NCBI GenBank assembly: GCA_951406725.2
Contig: OX597837.1
Location: 40,300,001-40,364,000 of the forward strand
Reading direction: 5' to 3'
DNA from: Octopus vulgaris
Lineage: Eukaryota
Length of the DNA stretch: 64,000 bases
Part shown: piece by piece, positions 26,251 through 40,564 of the stretch
How positions within the stretch are numbered: position 1 is the stretch's first letter
How the letters are laid out: every line of letters begins with the position of its first letter
Program-made: the position numbers and the translations under genes
The notes under the pieces: generated by a model
What the model was told of the DNA's origin: nothing
The model's database searches: none
Seen by the model: the letters and a program-made list of their open reading frames with translations, nothing else

Positions 26251-28837
26251 TTTCTTTACTACCCACAAGGGGCTAAACACAGAGAGGACAAACAAGGACG
26301 GACAAACGGATTAAGTCGATTATATCGACCCCAGTGCGTAACTGGTACTTAATTTATCGACCCCGAAAGGATGAAAGGCAAAGTCGACCTCGGCGGAGTT
26401 TGAACTCAGAACGTTCGGCAGACGAAATACCTATTTCTTTACTACCCACAAGGGGCTAAACACAGAGAGGACAAACAAGGACGGACAAACGGATTAAGTC
26501 GATTATATCGACCCCAGTGCGTAACTGGTACTTAATTTATCGACCCCGAAAGGATGAAAGGCAAAGTCGACCTCGGCGGAGTTTGAACTCAGAACGTTCG
26601 GCAGACGAAATACCTATTTCTTTACTACCCACAAGGGGCTAAACACAGAGAGGACAAACAAGGACAGACAAACGGATTAAGTCGATTACATCGACCCCAG
26701 TGCGTAACTGGTACTTAATTTATCGACCCCGAAAGGATGAAAGGCAAAGTCGACCTCGGCGGAGTTTGAACTCAGAACGTTCGGCAGACGAAATACCTAT
26801 TTCTTTACTACCCACAAGGGGCTAAACACAGAGAAGACAAACAAGGACAGACAAACGGATTAAGTCGATTATATCGATCCCAGTGCATAACTGGTACTTA
26901 ATTTATCGACCCCGAAAGGATGAAAGGCAAAGTCGACCTCGGCGGAGTTTGAACTCAGAACGTTCGGCAGACGAAATACCTATTTCTTTACTACCCACAA
27001 GGGGCTAAACACAGAGAAGACAAACAAGGACAGACAAACGGATTAAGTCGATTATATCGATCCCAGTGCATAACTGGTACTTAATTTATCGACCCCGAAA
27101 GGATGAAAGGCAAAGTCGACCTCGGCGGAGTTTGAACTCAGAACGTTCGGCAGACGAAATACCTATTTCTTTACTACCCACAAGGGGCTAAACACAGAGA
27201 AGACAAACAAGGACAGACAAACGGATTAAGTCGATTATATCGATCCCAGTGCATAACTGGTACTTAATTTATCGACCCCGAAAGGATGAAAGGCAAAGTC
27301 GACCTCGGCGGAGTTTGAACTCAGAACGTTCGGCAGACGAAATACCTATTTCTTTACTACCCACAAGGGGCTAAACACAGAGAAGACAAACAAGGACAGA
27401 CAAACGGATTAAGTCGATTATATCGATCCCAGTGCATAACTGGTACTTAATTTATCGACCCCGAAAGGATGAAAGGCAAAGTCGACCTCGGCGGAGTTTG
27501 AACTCAGAACGTTCGGCAGACGAAATACCTATTTCTTTACTACCCACAAGGGGCTAAACACAGAGAGAACAAACAAGGACAGACAAACGGATTAAGTCGA
27601 TTATATCGACCCCAGTGCGTAACTGGTACTTCATTTATCGACCCCGAAAGGATGAAAGGCAAAGTCGACCTCGGCGGAGTTTGAACTCAGAACGTTCGGC
27701 AGACGGAAATACCTATTTCTTTACTACCCACAAGGGGCTAAACACAGAGAGAACAAACAAGGACAGACAAACGGATTAAGTCGATTATATCGACCCCAGT
27801 GCGTAACTGGTACTTCATTTATCGACCCCGAAAGGATGAAAGGCAAAGTCGACCTCGGCGGAGTTTGAACTCAGAACGTTCGGCAGACGAAATACCTATT
27901 TCTTTACTACCCACAAGGGGCTAAACACAGAGAGAACAAACAAGGACAGACAAACGGATTAAGTCGATTATATCGACCCCAGTGCATAACTGGTACTTAA
28001 TTTATCGACCCCGAAAGGATGAAAGGCAAAGTCGACCTCGGCGGAGTTTGAACTCAGAACGTTCGGCAGACGAAATACCTATTTCTTTACTACCCACAAG
28101 GGGCTAAACACAGAGAGAACAAACAAGGACAGACAAACGGATTAAGTCGATTATATCGACCCCAGTGCATAACTGGTACTTAATTTATCGACCCCGAAAG
28201 GATGAAAGGCAAAGTCGACCTCGGCGGAGTTTGAACTCAGAACGTTCGGCAGACGAAATACCTATTTCTTTACTACCCACAAGGGGCTAAACACAGAGAG
28301 GACAAACAAGGACGGACAAACGGATTAAGTCGATTATATCGACCCCAGTGCGTAACTGGTACTTAATTTATCGACCCCGAAAGGATGAAAGGCAAAGTCG
28401 ACCTCGGCGGAGTTTGAACTCAGAACGTTCGGCAGACGAAATACCTATTTCTTTACTACCCACAAGGGGCTAAACACAGAGAGAACAAACAAGGACAGAC
28501 AAACGGATTAAGTCGATTATATCGACCCCAGTGCATAACTGGTACTTAATTTATCGACCCCGAAAGGATGAAAGGCAAAGTCGACCTCGGCGGAGTTTGA
28601 ACTCAGAACGTTCGGCAGACGAAATACCTATTTCTTTACTACCCACAAGGGGCTAAACACAGAGAAGACAAACAAGGACAGACAAACGGATTAAGTCGAT
28701 TATATCGATTCCAGTGCATAACTGGTACTTAATTTATCGACCCCAAAAGGATGAAAGGCAAAGTCGACCTCGGCGGAGTTTGAACTCAGAACGTTCGGCA
28801 GACGAAATACGGCTTCGCATTTCGCCCGGCGTGCTAC
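26251..28837 (-). repeat. Tandem array of 14 x 183-bp SINE-derived units with a single partial head
   Basis: Unit starts 26251, 26434, 26617, 26800, 26983, 27166, 27349, 27532, 27716, 27899, 28082, 28265, 28448, 28631; the unit is the 35429 SINE minus its A-box head; head remnant at 28811-28837. Confidence 0.97.
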
Positions 28838-28857
28838 TGCATGTATATACATATACT

Positions 28858-28901
<44 letters not shown>

Positions 28902-29396
28902 CAAGCACACACGCGCGTGCATTGAAAGGTAGAAAGAGTGCGAAATACTTAAGTTATGTTATATTAGAATCAACACGATGAACGAAGATGGTAAATTCTA
29001 ATAACCTGGATGTTGAGGAAGCGTCAGGTACGATAATATCTACAAATGCCAATGTAGTAAAAACCAAGAATACGTTCAAAGAACCAGCATCTCAGACTGA
29101 CAGAAATAATTGATGAAAGCTAATATCACAGCAGACTCGTCAAAGACATGTCATGGTGTACATACGATATGATGATAATATTTGTCAATCAAATATTGAT
29201 GGAATTATTACACATCGATTAATAATCTTTACGTCGATAATAGAGGATAAATTATCAATCACGCAGCCATTTTTTTACAAGAAAATTGTGCTCATGGATG
29301 AGAAGATTCACCATTTCCGGTTAAGTTCAAACGAGATTTATACGTTTGTGTTAACTATCGAATAAAGCGGAAGCAGTGCAGTTCCTTACTAATAAT

Positions 29397-30224
<828 letters not shown>

Positions 30225-30438
30225 TGAATAAGTAAATAGATATATCCATGGTACCTTCTAGGAATAAGATATTAGGAGTTTGTGATTGAAGCAACCTTGT
30301 TCTGTGCCATTTCAAATGAAAGCGGCACGTGAAGCAGAAAGATCGTTCGTTTCTAAAGAACAGGGTTCTTGCATTTAATTTCAGCTTACTTTGTATTTGT
30401 GCCTAAATTTAAAACAAGCATATTGGTCACGAGATTAG

Positions 30439-30469
<31 letters not shown>

Positions 30470-30485
30470 TCTCTCTCTCTCTCTC

Positions 30486-30544
<59 letters not shown>

Positions 30545-30601
30545 GATTTTGATTTTTGATTTTTCCAGTTTCAGCTCATGAGCTGTGGCCATGCTGGGGC
30601 A

Positions 30602-30648
<47 letters not shown>

Positions 30649-30763
30649 GTACACACATACCTGTACATGCATAATTGCATGTATGCTCACATTCACTCAC
30701 GCATTGATAAACGTATATATACATACTTCCATATATATATATATACATACATGCATACATACA

Positions 30764-30799
<36 letters not shown>

Positions 30800-30926
30800 T
30801 ATATATATTTACATACACTCACACACATATATACACATATATTTATGTACAAACTAATTTTAACAGAAAATGTGAGTATGTTGAAACGGATATATGTATG
30901 TATATATATGTATATATGTACGTATG

Positions 30927-30966
<40 letters not shown>

Positions 30967-31017
30967 CATATGCACATACATATGTAGTATGTATACATAT
31001 ATATATATATATATATA

Positions 31018-31201
31018 AATTTATATATAGAGGGCATTATACATACATGCCAGAAGGCATTATACATACATGCCAAACGCTAAGAGGGACAATTAGTCAT
31101 TTCTACCATTTGGTAGAAATGACTAATTGTCCCTCTTAGCGTTTGGCATGTATGTATAATGCCTTCTGGCATGTATGTATAATGCCCTCTATATATAAAT
31201 T
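31018..31201. repeat. Perfect palindrome, 91-bp arms, 2-nt centre
   Basis: Arms 31018-31108 and 31111-31201 are exact reverse complements. Confidence 0.95.
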
Positions 31202-31316
31202 AATATGTTCAATAAGAAATAATTATTTTCGAAATTTATTCTCTTATGAGGTTTTTACGCTATCTACCTGACAATTTCTTGTTAAGTTTTCCTTATTAAG
31301 TAGTTGTCCTTAATTG

Positions 31317-31406
<90 letters not shown>

Positions 31407-32087
31407 TATATACATATATATATACATATATATATATTCATAGAAACGTTTTGATTCAAAGAGTTACTCCTCCGTTCTTCACGCTCTTTCGCTTCGGTTC
31501 ATTTTCTCGTTGCCTGGGCGAATTCAGAGAAGCGAAAACTTCTGTGCAAAGCCGAAAAAATACATTCACCCTGCTGTAGGCATCGAGTAATCTTCTTGTA
31601 CTTTATACACCCTGAGACGAAAATAAATACGTGTGTGGGCGTATGTGGTTATATATGTGAGTATGTGTGTGCGCGTGTGTGTATGTACCTGTGTGTGTGT
31701 GTGTGTGTGTGTGCTTATATCAAAGCAAGCACGTTTCTGCTTTCTTAATAGGTGCGGGGAATGGCCGTGTGGTTAAGAAGCTAGTTTTGCAGCCTCATGG
31801 TTTCGAGATCAAACCCAATGCGTACCAGCTTGGGTAAATGTCTTGTGTTGTAGCCAAGGAACAATGCCTTGTGACCGAATTTGATGGAGAGAAACTATGG
31901 GGAAGCCCATTACATTCATATATTTACGTGTCTATATATATATGTGTGTATGTATATATATATATATATATATTTAGTCAGATAGAAAGATAGATTGATA
32001 GATAGATAGATTTATATATACATATATACGTAAATATCGAACAATCAGAATGAGTCCTCAATACCGGATATGCGGATAACATTACTT

Positions 32088-32328
32088 TATTTCTGTATTA
32101 AGGATGCCGTTGGTTCCTTGTTCAGAAAATACTTTAATACCTTAACAATTTTTCAAAGTTATCACATGGAGTAATGGTGTTCATCTTCTTTTTGGATGAA
32201 AACAATTTTACAGCTTTTATCCAAAATGGAAACGAACACCATTCCTCCATGTGATCAGCTTGAAAAATTGCTGAGATATTAAGATATTTGCCTAACATGA
32301 AACCAATGGTAGCATTAATACACAAATA
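32088..32328. repeat. Imperfect foldback (~110-bp arms)
   Basis: caatttttcaaagttatcacatggagtaatggtgttc pairs with gaacaccattcctccatgtgatcagcttgaaaaattg. Confidence 0.85.
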
Positions 32329-32870
32329 TATATATATATAGACACTAGGCCATGTGCCTCCACTTCCTTTACTTTTGCTACTCTTAAACTCGTTCCTTTC
32401 TCTCTCTCTTTCTCTCTGTCTGTCTTTCTCTGTTACCCTTCTCCCACTGTCACGTGAGCCGCGACGACCTAAGGGTCACGTGACAGTGGGAGAATTGGGT
32501 TGCTTCCGACCGTGCTGAATACGATTTCCTGAGCTCCTCGCTCTACGTTGTATATGTATTATAATTATCAATCATTGTCTTCGTTGTCCCCGAGACTTTA
32601 TTCTATTTATTGTTTTGCCCCCCACCCACCCACCCCACCCCATCCGCCCATTAACGGTCTCGTCTCTTGTCCGTTTTCTTTTATTATGTTCAGGTCCAAT
32701 TCCCGGCAAATTTCTTGTCGGTGCTTCCTGAGTAGTAGCAATATTATCGATAATGGTCGAAATTGCGTTTGACCCCTCTGGTCGGTAACTGATTAAGAAT
32801 TGGTGACCTACGTTTTCTTTCCGCCTGTGTATTTAGTATATGTGTTCGTTTGCTTTTTTACTGTACATTA

Positions 32871-32945
<75 letters not shown>

Positions 32946-33895
32946 GGTAGGTCATATTTTCCATCTTTATATTTCATCTTGGATATATGTGTGTGGGTTT
33001 ATCTGTATGTATCTGTGTGTATTCATGAGTTTGTAATCGGTGCGGCTTTGTTTCACTCCACAACCTAGCGGTCCGCTACAGAAAGGAATAACAACAACAA
33101 CAACAACACAACAATAATAATAATAATGATAATAATCATCATCATCATCAGGAACAGCCTTGTTGCTGTTGGTGTTACTACTACTACTACTACTATTACT
33201 ACTACCAGCACCACCATTATTATTACCATTATTATTAATATTTGACGCCGTTTCTTTTTCTGGCCAGAAAATTCAATTTACAGCTTCACTTTGAAAATAT
33301 CGAACGAAAACTTCTTCAAAAAGAAAAAAACAAAAAAGAAAAACAAACAAAGAAAAAAGAAAGAAATCATATTTCCTTTATATATTTTTAATATACAGTT
33401 TAAACCTCATTATTCGCTTTCACTCTAACCTAATTCTAAGATGTCTACAAGATATTATATAAAATTACTCTTTGTACGAGGTTACTGCAGTTTTTTTATT
33501 GTCAGTTTGCTTTTCAAAAATGTCTGACTTACGAAGATTGTGTTATACGTATTTTATTTGCAGCTAAGTCACTGTAAGATTTTTTTTTCTACTCAGCTAA
33601 GATACGAAGATGCAAATTCTATTCCAAACCGTTGCTTTTTTACAAGACCTGTAGTTTGTTTTCGGAACAAAACAAAACAAAATGACCGTTTTACTGTAAC
33701 TAGAATTTATGCTAATTTTCATCGTAATGTATTAGGTTGAACGTGGATTAGGGATTTGTTATAATTCGATATACTTAACTAGACTGGCTCACCTTCAAAA
33801 GGAATATTTATTTGATCGATGTCGTTCATGACTTAACTCCAAATTTAATTGGGCAATATTCATGTGAAATACTCCATGAAATGGAGGTGCCACAT

Positions 33896-33943
<48 letters not shown>

Positions 33944-33969
33944 AAAAGGAAAGGTAAATCATATGCACG

Positions 33970-35040
33970 ATGATAATGATGGTGATGATGATGGTGGTGG
34001 TAGTGGTGGTAATGATGATGATGATGGTGGTGGTGGTGGTGGTAGTGATGGTGGTGGTGACGATGATGATGATGACAACAACGATGACGATAATAACGAA
34101 GACGACGACGACGACGACGTCGACGATGATGAGGATGAGGAGGAGGATGGTATGTTGTTAAGAAAATCAGCCAGAGAATGGCTGCAGCGCACGAGCTGAA
34201 GCTACTAAAGAAATAAACAAATTACAACCAACAGGATCAACACCAATACTAAAAACATTACTAGCGCCACCACCACCACCACCACCACCACCACCACCAC
34301 TACCACCATCAAAATATAATGATAGCAACAACAATCACAACAACAACAACAATAATCACAACAACAGTAACACTTCTATAACCTTTATCGTCATCAACCA
34401 AAACCTACATCATAAACTACAACCACCAGCACAACCACAACCACATCCGCCACAACCACCGCACACCACCAACATTATCACAACCACTACAACCTCCACA
34501 ACAACCATGAATGCATCCACCACACAGCATCACCATCGCACCTCTGCTATAACCACCACTACCACCACCACCACCACCGAAACCACCACACACCACCAAC
34601 AAACACCACCGCAACCACTACCATTTTCACAACACACACCACTTCCACAACAACCACCACCACCTCAACCACCACCACCACCTCCACCTCCACAACAACC
34701 ACCACCACTACCTCCACAACAGCCACCACCACCACCACCACCTCCATAAAAACCACCATAACCACCACCTCCACAACAGCCACCACCACCACCACCACCA
34801 CCACCTCCAGAACAACCACCTCTTTCACAACAACAACCACCTCTGCAACAGCCACCACCACCACTTCCATAAAAACCACCACCACCACTACCCTCTCCAC
34901 AACCGCTACAATCCACCACTACAATCGCAACAACCACAAGATCCAGTAGTACAAACACAGCAACATTACCCTTCACCACCAACAACACCATCACCTCGCC
35001 CCACTCCACCCAAGAACAACAACATCCAAACAACCCAACC
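33970..35040. repeat. (GAT/GGT)n then CCA/CAA-rich degenerate tract
   Basis: Direct inspection; repeated subunits ccacctccacaacagccacc and ccataaaaaccacc. Confidence 0.9.
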
Positions 35041-35428
35041 CATTCAAGAATACAAACATGTAATATCAACTATTGAACTTTCCACTTGATTTATTAATCT
35101 CACCATTCTTTACGTCTTCGATAAATTCCTTCTTTTATTGTTTTGAAGAAATTACCACAATATCAGCATCGGTGCGCAATCCTTCCTTTATTCTACCAAT
35201 CTTCAGAAGGGAGAGTCTCCTTACAAGATTCCCTATACGAAACAGTATATCAGAATTGCTTGTGTGTGTGTGTGTCTGTCTGTGTGTGTTTGTGTGTGTG
35301 TATATAGCAATCCTTCGTCAGACTATCGCGGGTGTTACGTTCCAAAACCGCTCTAAAACAATATAAATATCTATCGACCGTAGAAACCCGCGGTGTACTG
35401 AGGTGTCAGCGATATAAATTTACATATA

Positions 35429-35658
35429 GCGGCGAGCCGGCAGAAACGTTAGCGCGCCGGGCGAAATGCTTTGCGGTTTTTCGTCTGTCGTTACGTTCTG
35501 AGTTCAAATTCCGCTTAGGTCGACTTTACCTTTCATCCTTTCGGGGTCGATAAATAAAGTACCAGTTTCGCACTGGGGTCGATGTAATCGACTTACTCCC
35601 TTTGTCTGTCCTTGTTTGTCCCCTCTATGTTTAGCCCCTTGTGGGTAGTAAAGAAATA
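35429..35658 (+). mobile_element. Full-length Meta-type tRNA SINE monomer with 18-21-bp TSD
   Basis: TSD gatataaatttacatata(gcg) at 35411-35428 and 35659-35676; B-box gagttcaaattcc; core cctttcatcctttcggggtcgataaa resembles the MetaSINE domain. Confidence 0.95.
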
Positions 35659-35925
35659 GATATAAATTTACATATAGCGAGACAAATCCGAGTGCGTGAT
35701 GATAGATGAACCGCGAAATGGCGAGTATTTCGTTTGATTAATTTTAATACTTCAGCTATTTAATGCTTTCTTTGGGGCCTACAATCGCCAATATTACTGA
35801 TTCTCTTATTTTTAAATTGCTACAATCGATAGTAATTGAGTCAATATATTCGCAAATTATTTCTTCGTAATTTACTTGCTCTGTATATACACACACACAC
35901 ACACATATATATGTGTGTATAAATA

Positions 35926-35974
<49 letters not shown>

Positions 35975-36102
35975 TTAAACAAAACTTGACTTAAACAGGA
36001 TTCGAATAATCCTATCAGGTGGTGCTATTAAGTTAGACATGGCCTGGACCAATCTTTGGTCGAAACATATCTAAGTTTATCTAAGTTTATATACATACAT
36101 AC

Positions 36103-36175
<73 letters not shown>

Positions 36176-36218
36176 CATATGTATATATATATACATATAC
36201 GTATATATACATACATAC

Positions 36219-36249
<31 letters not shown>

Positions 36250-36590
36250 AAGCACATGCTTTGCATACATATTGTATATATGGCTCAGTGGTTAGAGCAT
36301 CGAGCTTACGATCACGAGGTTGTGAGTTTTCTTTTTATTATTCTTCCTCTCGGATTAATGTTAATGTATCAATCGAAACATATGTTGTTGATATGGTGAT
36401 GTAAATGATTTCACTAACATCTTGTGCGTTTGTCTCCATTTTTCATTACTCTTATGTTCTCCAAAACACGTCTCATTTCTCGGAATTATCAACCATACAG
36501 CTGTGGTTACTAATTGTATCTCTGGATCATTCCTTATAAATTAATATATATATACATACACGCGCACATACACACACACACACTCACACA

Positions 36591-36629
<39 letters not shown>

Positions 36630-36630
<1 letters not shown>

Positions 36631-36827
36631 GGAGAGTTTACGAAAAAAACAAAAGCCGAAGACAGGTGGTGTACAATGCAAACAGATGTATTAGTATAAC
36701 GCTTAGGAATAGAAAAAGTATTCTACGATTCGAACCTACGCTCTTCTACAGAAAGGGATGCAGAAAAAAACAAGGAGAGAAAAAATGGAGAGAAAATTGT
36801 GTGTAGTGACTAACGATCTATCATGGC

Positions 36828-36830
<3 letters not shown>
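36630..36830 (-). mobile_element. Family H1 element (CUGU variant) flanked by (TA)n on both sides
   Basis: 36721-36755 minus: CTTT CTGTAGA AGAGC GTAG GTTC GAAT CG TA GAA. Confidence 0.7.
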
Positions 36831-36870
<40 letters not shown>

Positions 36871-36875
<5 letters not shown>

Positions 36876-37180
36876 CGTCCAGGTCTCACTTCCATACAGT
36901 AGAGTGCTGAGCACACATGGCTGGTAGATTTTCATTTTCGGGGTCTTGGTCAGCTTATTGTTGTCCCAAGCCCGTTTGGAGAGTTTGGACGCTATACACA
37001 CGCCAAGAGCGTCGCCTAAATATCTTTCACCAGCGCTGCCTCCGAAAAATCCTCCGCATCAAATGGCAGAATCATATCCCCAACAAAAATGTCCTCAGAC
37101 AAGCAGGAATACCAAGCATGTTTGCACTCCTCACACAAAGACGTATGAGATGGCTTGGGCATGTTAGCCGTATGGATAGG
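36871..37180 (+). pseudogene. RTE/BovB-like LINE RT fragment with 5' inversion
   Basis: Minus 36871-36985 SKLSKRAWDNNKLTKTPKMKIYQPCVLSTLLYGSETWTLY continues on plus from 36986 as WTLYTRQERRLNIFHQRCLRKILRIKWQ...RWLGHVSRMD. Confidence 0.92.
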
Positions 37181-37984
37181 ACTACACAGCCACAGCAGGA
37201 AATGTATCAGGACATGAAATATAAAAGCCGGACTAGACTACTATATGCGCAACTCCATTGTCTCCCGAGACAGAAAGGATGCCAACAATAATATATATAT
37301 ATAGAGAGATTCGTGTTGGATAGGTGCTAACAAGCGAAACTCGATCCTTATTGCTAAGAATTAATATATGTATATATTTATAAATACTGTTGTTATGGTG
37401 GTGTTGAGGGTGGTGATGCTGCGTTTGTTGTTGTTGTTGGAGAAAGTTTTGTTCATGCTCTCTCACAAGGGGACGAATGGCGGGGATGTGCCCTTAAACC
37501 AGAGAACCTGCCCGATTACCTATAACACCATCGTCCCCGTACCCAGGCCTCCCGAGACTCCAGATGGTTGTATTGGAACAGAGGACGCATTAACTACCAC
37601 TTAGGTAGGCCACTTAGTGGAGGCGCAATGGCCCAGTACCTGTATTTCAAGGGACCGGCGTTGTCACTCTCGGTGGTATTTGAACTCAGAGTACAGAAAC
37701 TCAGAACAAACGCTGCGAAACGTTCTCTCCGACAATCCACGGTCTCCACCCAAATGTCTTCAACAAGTCTACCAGCCTTTCTGTACCAATCTCTCTGTTC
37801 TAGAATTCCAAACTTGAATTTCCTATACAAGACAATCGATATAATTACCAATTTTTTTTCTGAAATTACGTAATAAAATTTACAGATCAGGTTCTTTCGA
37901 GGTATCGATTACCTGGTAACACCTACGCACACACACACACCTACACAATATTTTACGTACGCGTTTGTACATGTTTGCATACCT

Positions 37985-38191
37985 GTATGTATATATGCAT
38001 GCATGAATGTATGTATGTATGTATGTATGTATGTATGTATGTATGTATGTATGTATGTATGTATATATGTATGTATGTATGTATGTATGTGTGTATGTAT
38101 ATATGTATGTATGTATGTATGTATGCATGTATGTATGTATATATGTATGTATGTATGTATGTATGTGTGTATGTATGTATGTGTGTATGTA

Positions 38192-38252
<61 letters not shown>

Positions 38253-38654
38253 ATATGTATGAATGTATGTATGTATGTTTGTATGTATGTATATATGTAT
38301 GTATGTATGTGTGTGTGTATGTATGTATGTATGTATGTATGTGTGTGTGTATGTATGTATGTATGTGTGTGTGTATGTATGTATGTATGTATGTATGTAT
38401 GTATGTATGTGTGTGTGTGTATGTATGTATGTATGTATGTATGTATGTGTGTATGTATGTATGTATGTATGTATGTATGTATGTATGTATGTATGTATGT
38501 ATGTATGTATGTATGTATGTGTATGTATGTATGTGTATGTATGTATGTATGTATGTATGTATGTATGTATGTATGTATGTATGTATGTATGTATGTACGT
38601 ATGCATATATCTATGTATGCGAGCAAGTATTTTATATGTGAATGCTTGAATACA

Positions 38655-38720
<66 letters not shown>
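37985..38720. repeat. ~600-bp (TATG)n tract plus (TG)n(AG)n
   Basis: Direct inspection. Confidence 0.97.
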
Positions 38721-38723
<3 letters not shown>

Positions 38724-39697
38724 GTCTGTACATTTATATCGGAATTAGATGCTCTCGAACAGGTAGGAAATTCTCTTCGTAATAACATTGTTCTACGTTT
38801 GATACCTTTGTGCATCACTTCAGGCGAGTATTTTTATTGTGGTTTCACACTGACAAAGCTCGTTTTACAATTAGTTAGAGGCAAACTGCATGAAACCCTT
38901 AATAGAGAATGTTCTTGAAATTCAAAAGACCGTTAATGAGACACAGCGACGTTTGTGCTAGAATACTACCTCAGGGCTGAATTGCTTTGTGAAACACTTA
39001 ATCCCTTAAGCCCTAAATCAACAACATTCTTCTTTGTCTCTTTATTCTTAGGAGGATAGTAGCGGCACATTTCTCAGGAAACTCCTAAATACTGTTTTAT
39101 TAAAAGCAAATGTCATTAAACTTTCTTTCTGGATCGACTATAATTGTGGATATTAGCCAACCATCTTGGTAGGTGATGACGACGAGTGTTACAGGTGGTC
39201 CGATCAACGGAACAACCTGCTCGTAAAATATACGACTACCATTAACGCTGTTGTCAGGGAGATTCAGTGTGACGCTAGTTGTAACAAGGCTGGCCCTTTG
39301 AAGTACAGGTACTACTTACATGTGACAGCTGAGTGGACTGGGGCTGGGTCAAATAGAGTTTCCTGGCTCAAGACAACGCACCGCTGGAAATCAAGCTCGT
39401 GACCATACAACCCTGAGCCGATTCCATGGAGTAAAGAATGAGTACAAGAGAGATCGAGTTGAGTAGGTATGAAGGCACTTATTTGGATAAATAATTTAAA
39501 TACATTAAATATAAAAGTTTTGTTATGAAATAAAAAATATATCATATATATATATGTCATCATATATGTCTTCATGCAAAACGAAGGAAAGTAAAATGTG
39601 GAGAAATTCTGACGATGAATATTTATATTGATAGATCCAATTTATCCTTTCTCTTGTTTTGCATGAATATATATATGTATGTATATAAAATATGAAC

Positions 39698-39970
39698 TAG
39701 AGATAAAACCACTATTAGGCAACTCAAACAGTGATAGACATAAACCAATACATAAATAACAAATAATATAAATATAATTAATATAATATATAATATATAT
39801 ATATAAATATATAATTATATAATTGTTTTTTTCCCAAAAGTATTTAAAAGAATGATAAATATAATATAATAAGTGTTTTTTATCTCTAATTCATATTTCA
39901 TATATTTATACTGTGAAATTTGATTTAATACTAAATCTAATTTTTCCCTGTAAGTTTGGAGCTATACTCC
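39698..39970. mobile_element. TA/AAT-flanked repeat with internal inversion; second copy at 49140-49315
   Basis: Shared tagagataaaaccactattaggcaactcaaacagtgatagac and ctgtgaaatttgatttaa...ccctgtaagtttggagc. Confidence 0.75.
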
Positions 39971-39992
39971 CTATTATTATTATTATTATATG

Positions 39993-40051
<59 letters not shown>

Positions 40052-40149
40052 ATGTGTGTGTGTATGCATATTTTGTATTTCATAGCCAAACTTTTATATT
40101 TAATATATCTAATTTGTTTTTTCCATATAATTGCGTGTATGTTTTTTAC

Positions 40150-40512
40150 TCCATGCTGAAACCACCCCTTTTGTCCAAAGAATCGACCCCAACATTTATT
40201 TTTCGTAAGCCTAGTGTTTCTTTTATTTTCCCCGAATTGCTAAGTTACAGGGACATACACACCAATATCGGTTGCCAAGTTGTAATGGTGGGACAAACAC
40301 AAACACAAGTACGTACATATATCTTTCAGTTTCCATCAACCAAATCGACTCACAAGGCTTTGGTCGGCCAGAGGCTATATTAGAAAATAGTAGCCCAAGG
40401 TGCCATGCAGTGGGACTGAACCCGGAACCATGTGGCTGGTAAGCAAGCTTTCTACCACACAGCCACTGTTGAGCCGATGGATATATGTGTGTGTGTGTTT
40501 ATATATATATTT

Positions 40513-40564
<52 letters not shown>

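Noticed and set aside
26251-28837. CRISPR array or tRNA gene cluster
   Set aside because: No unique spacers and no cas genes; units are SINE bodies lacking the A box
37880-38918. Long ORFs of 200-300 aa
   Set aside because: Translations of stop-free (TATG)n; the same applies to the YI/CV/HT/LSIY ORFs throughout the window
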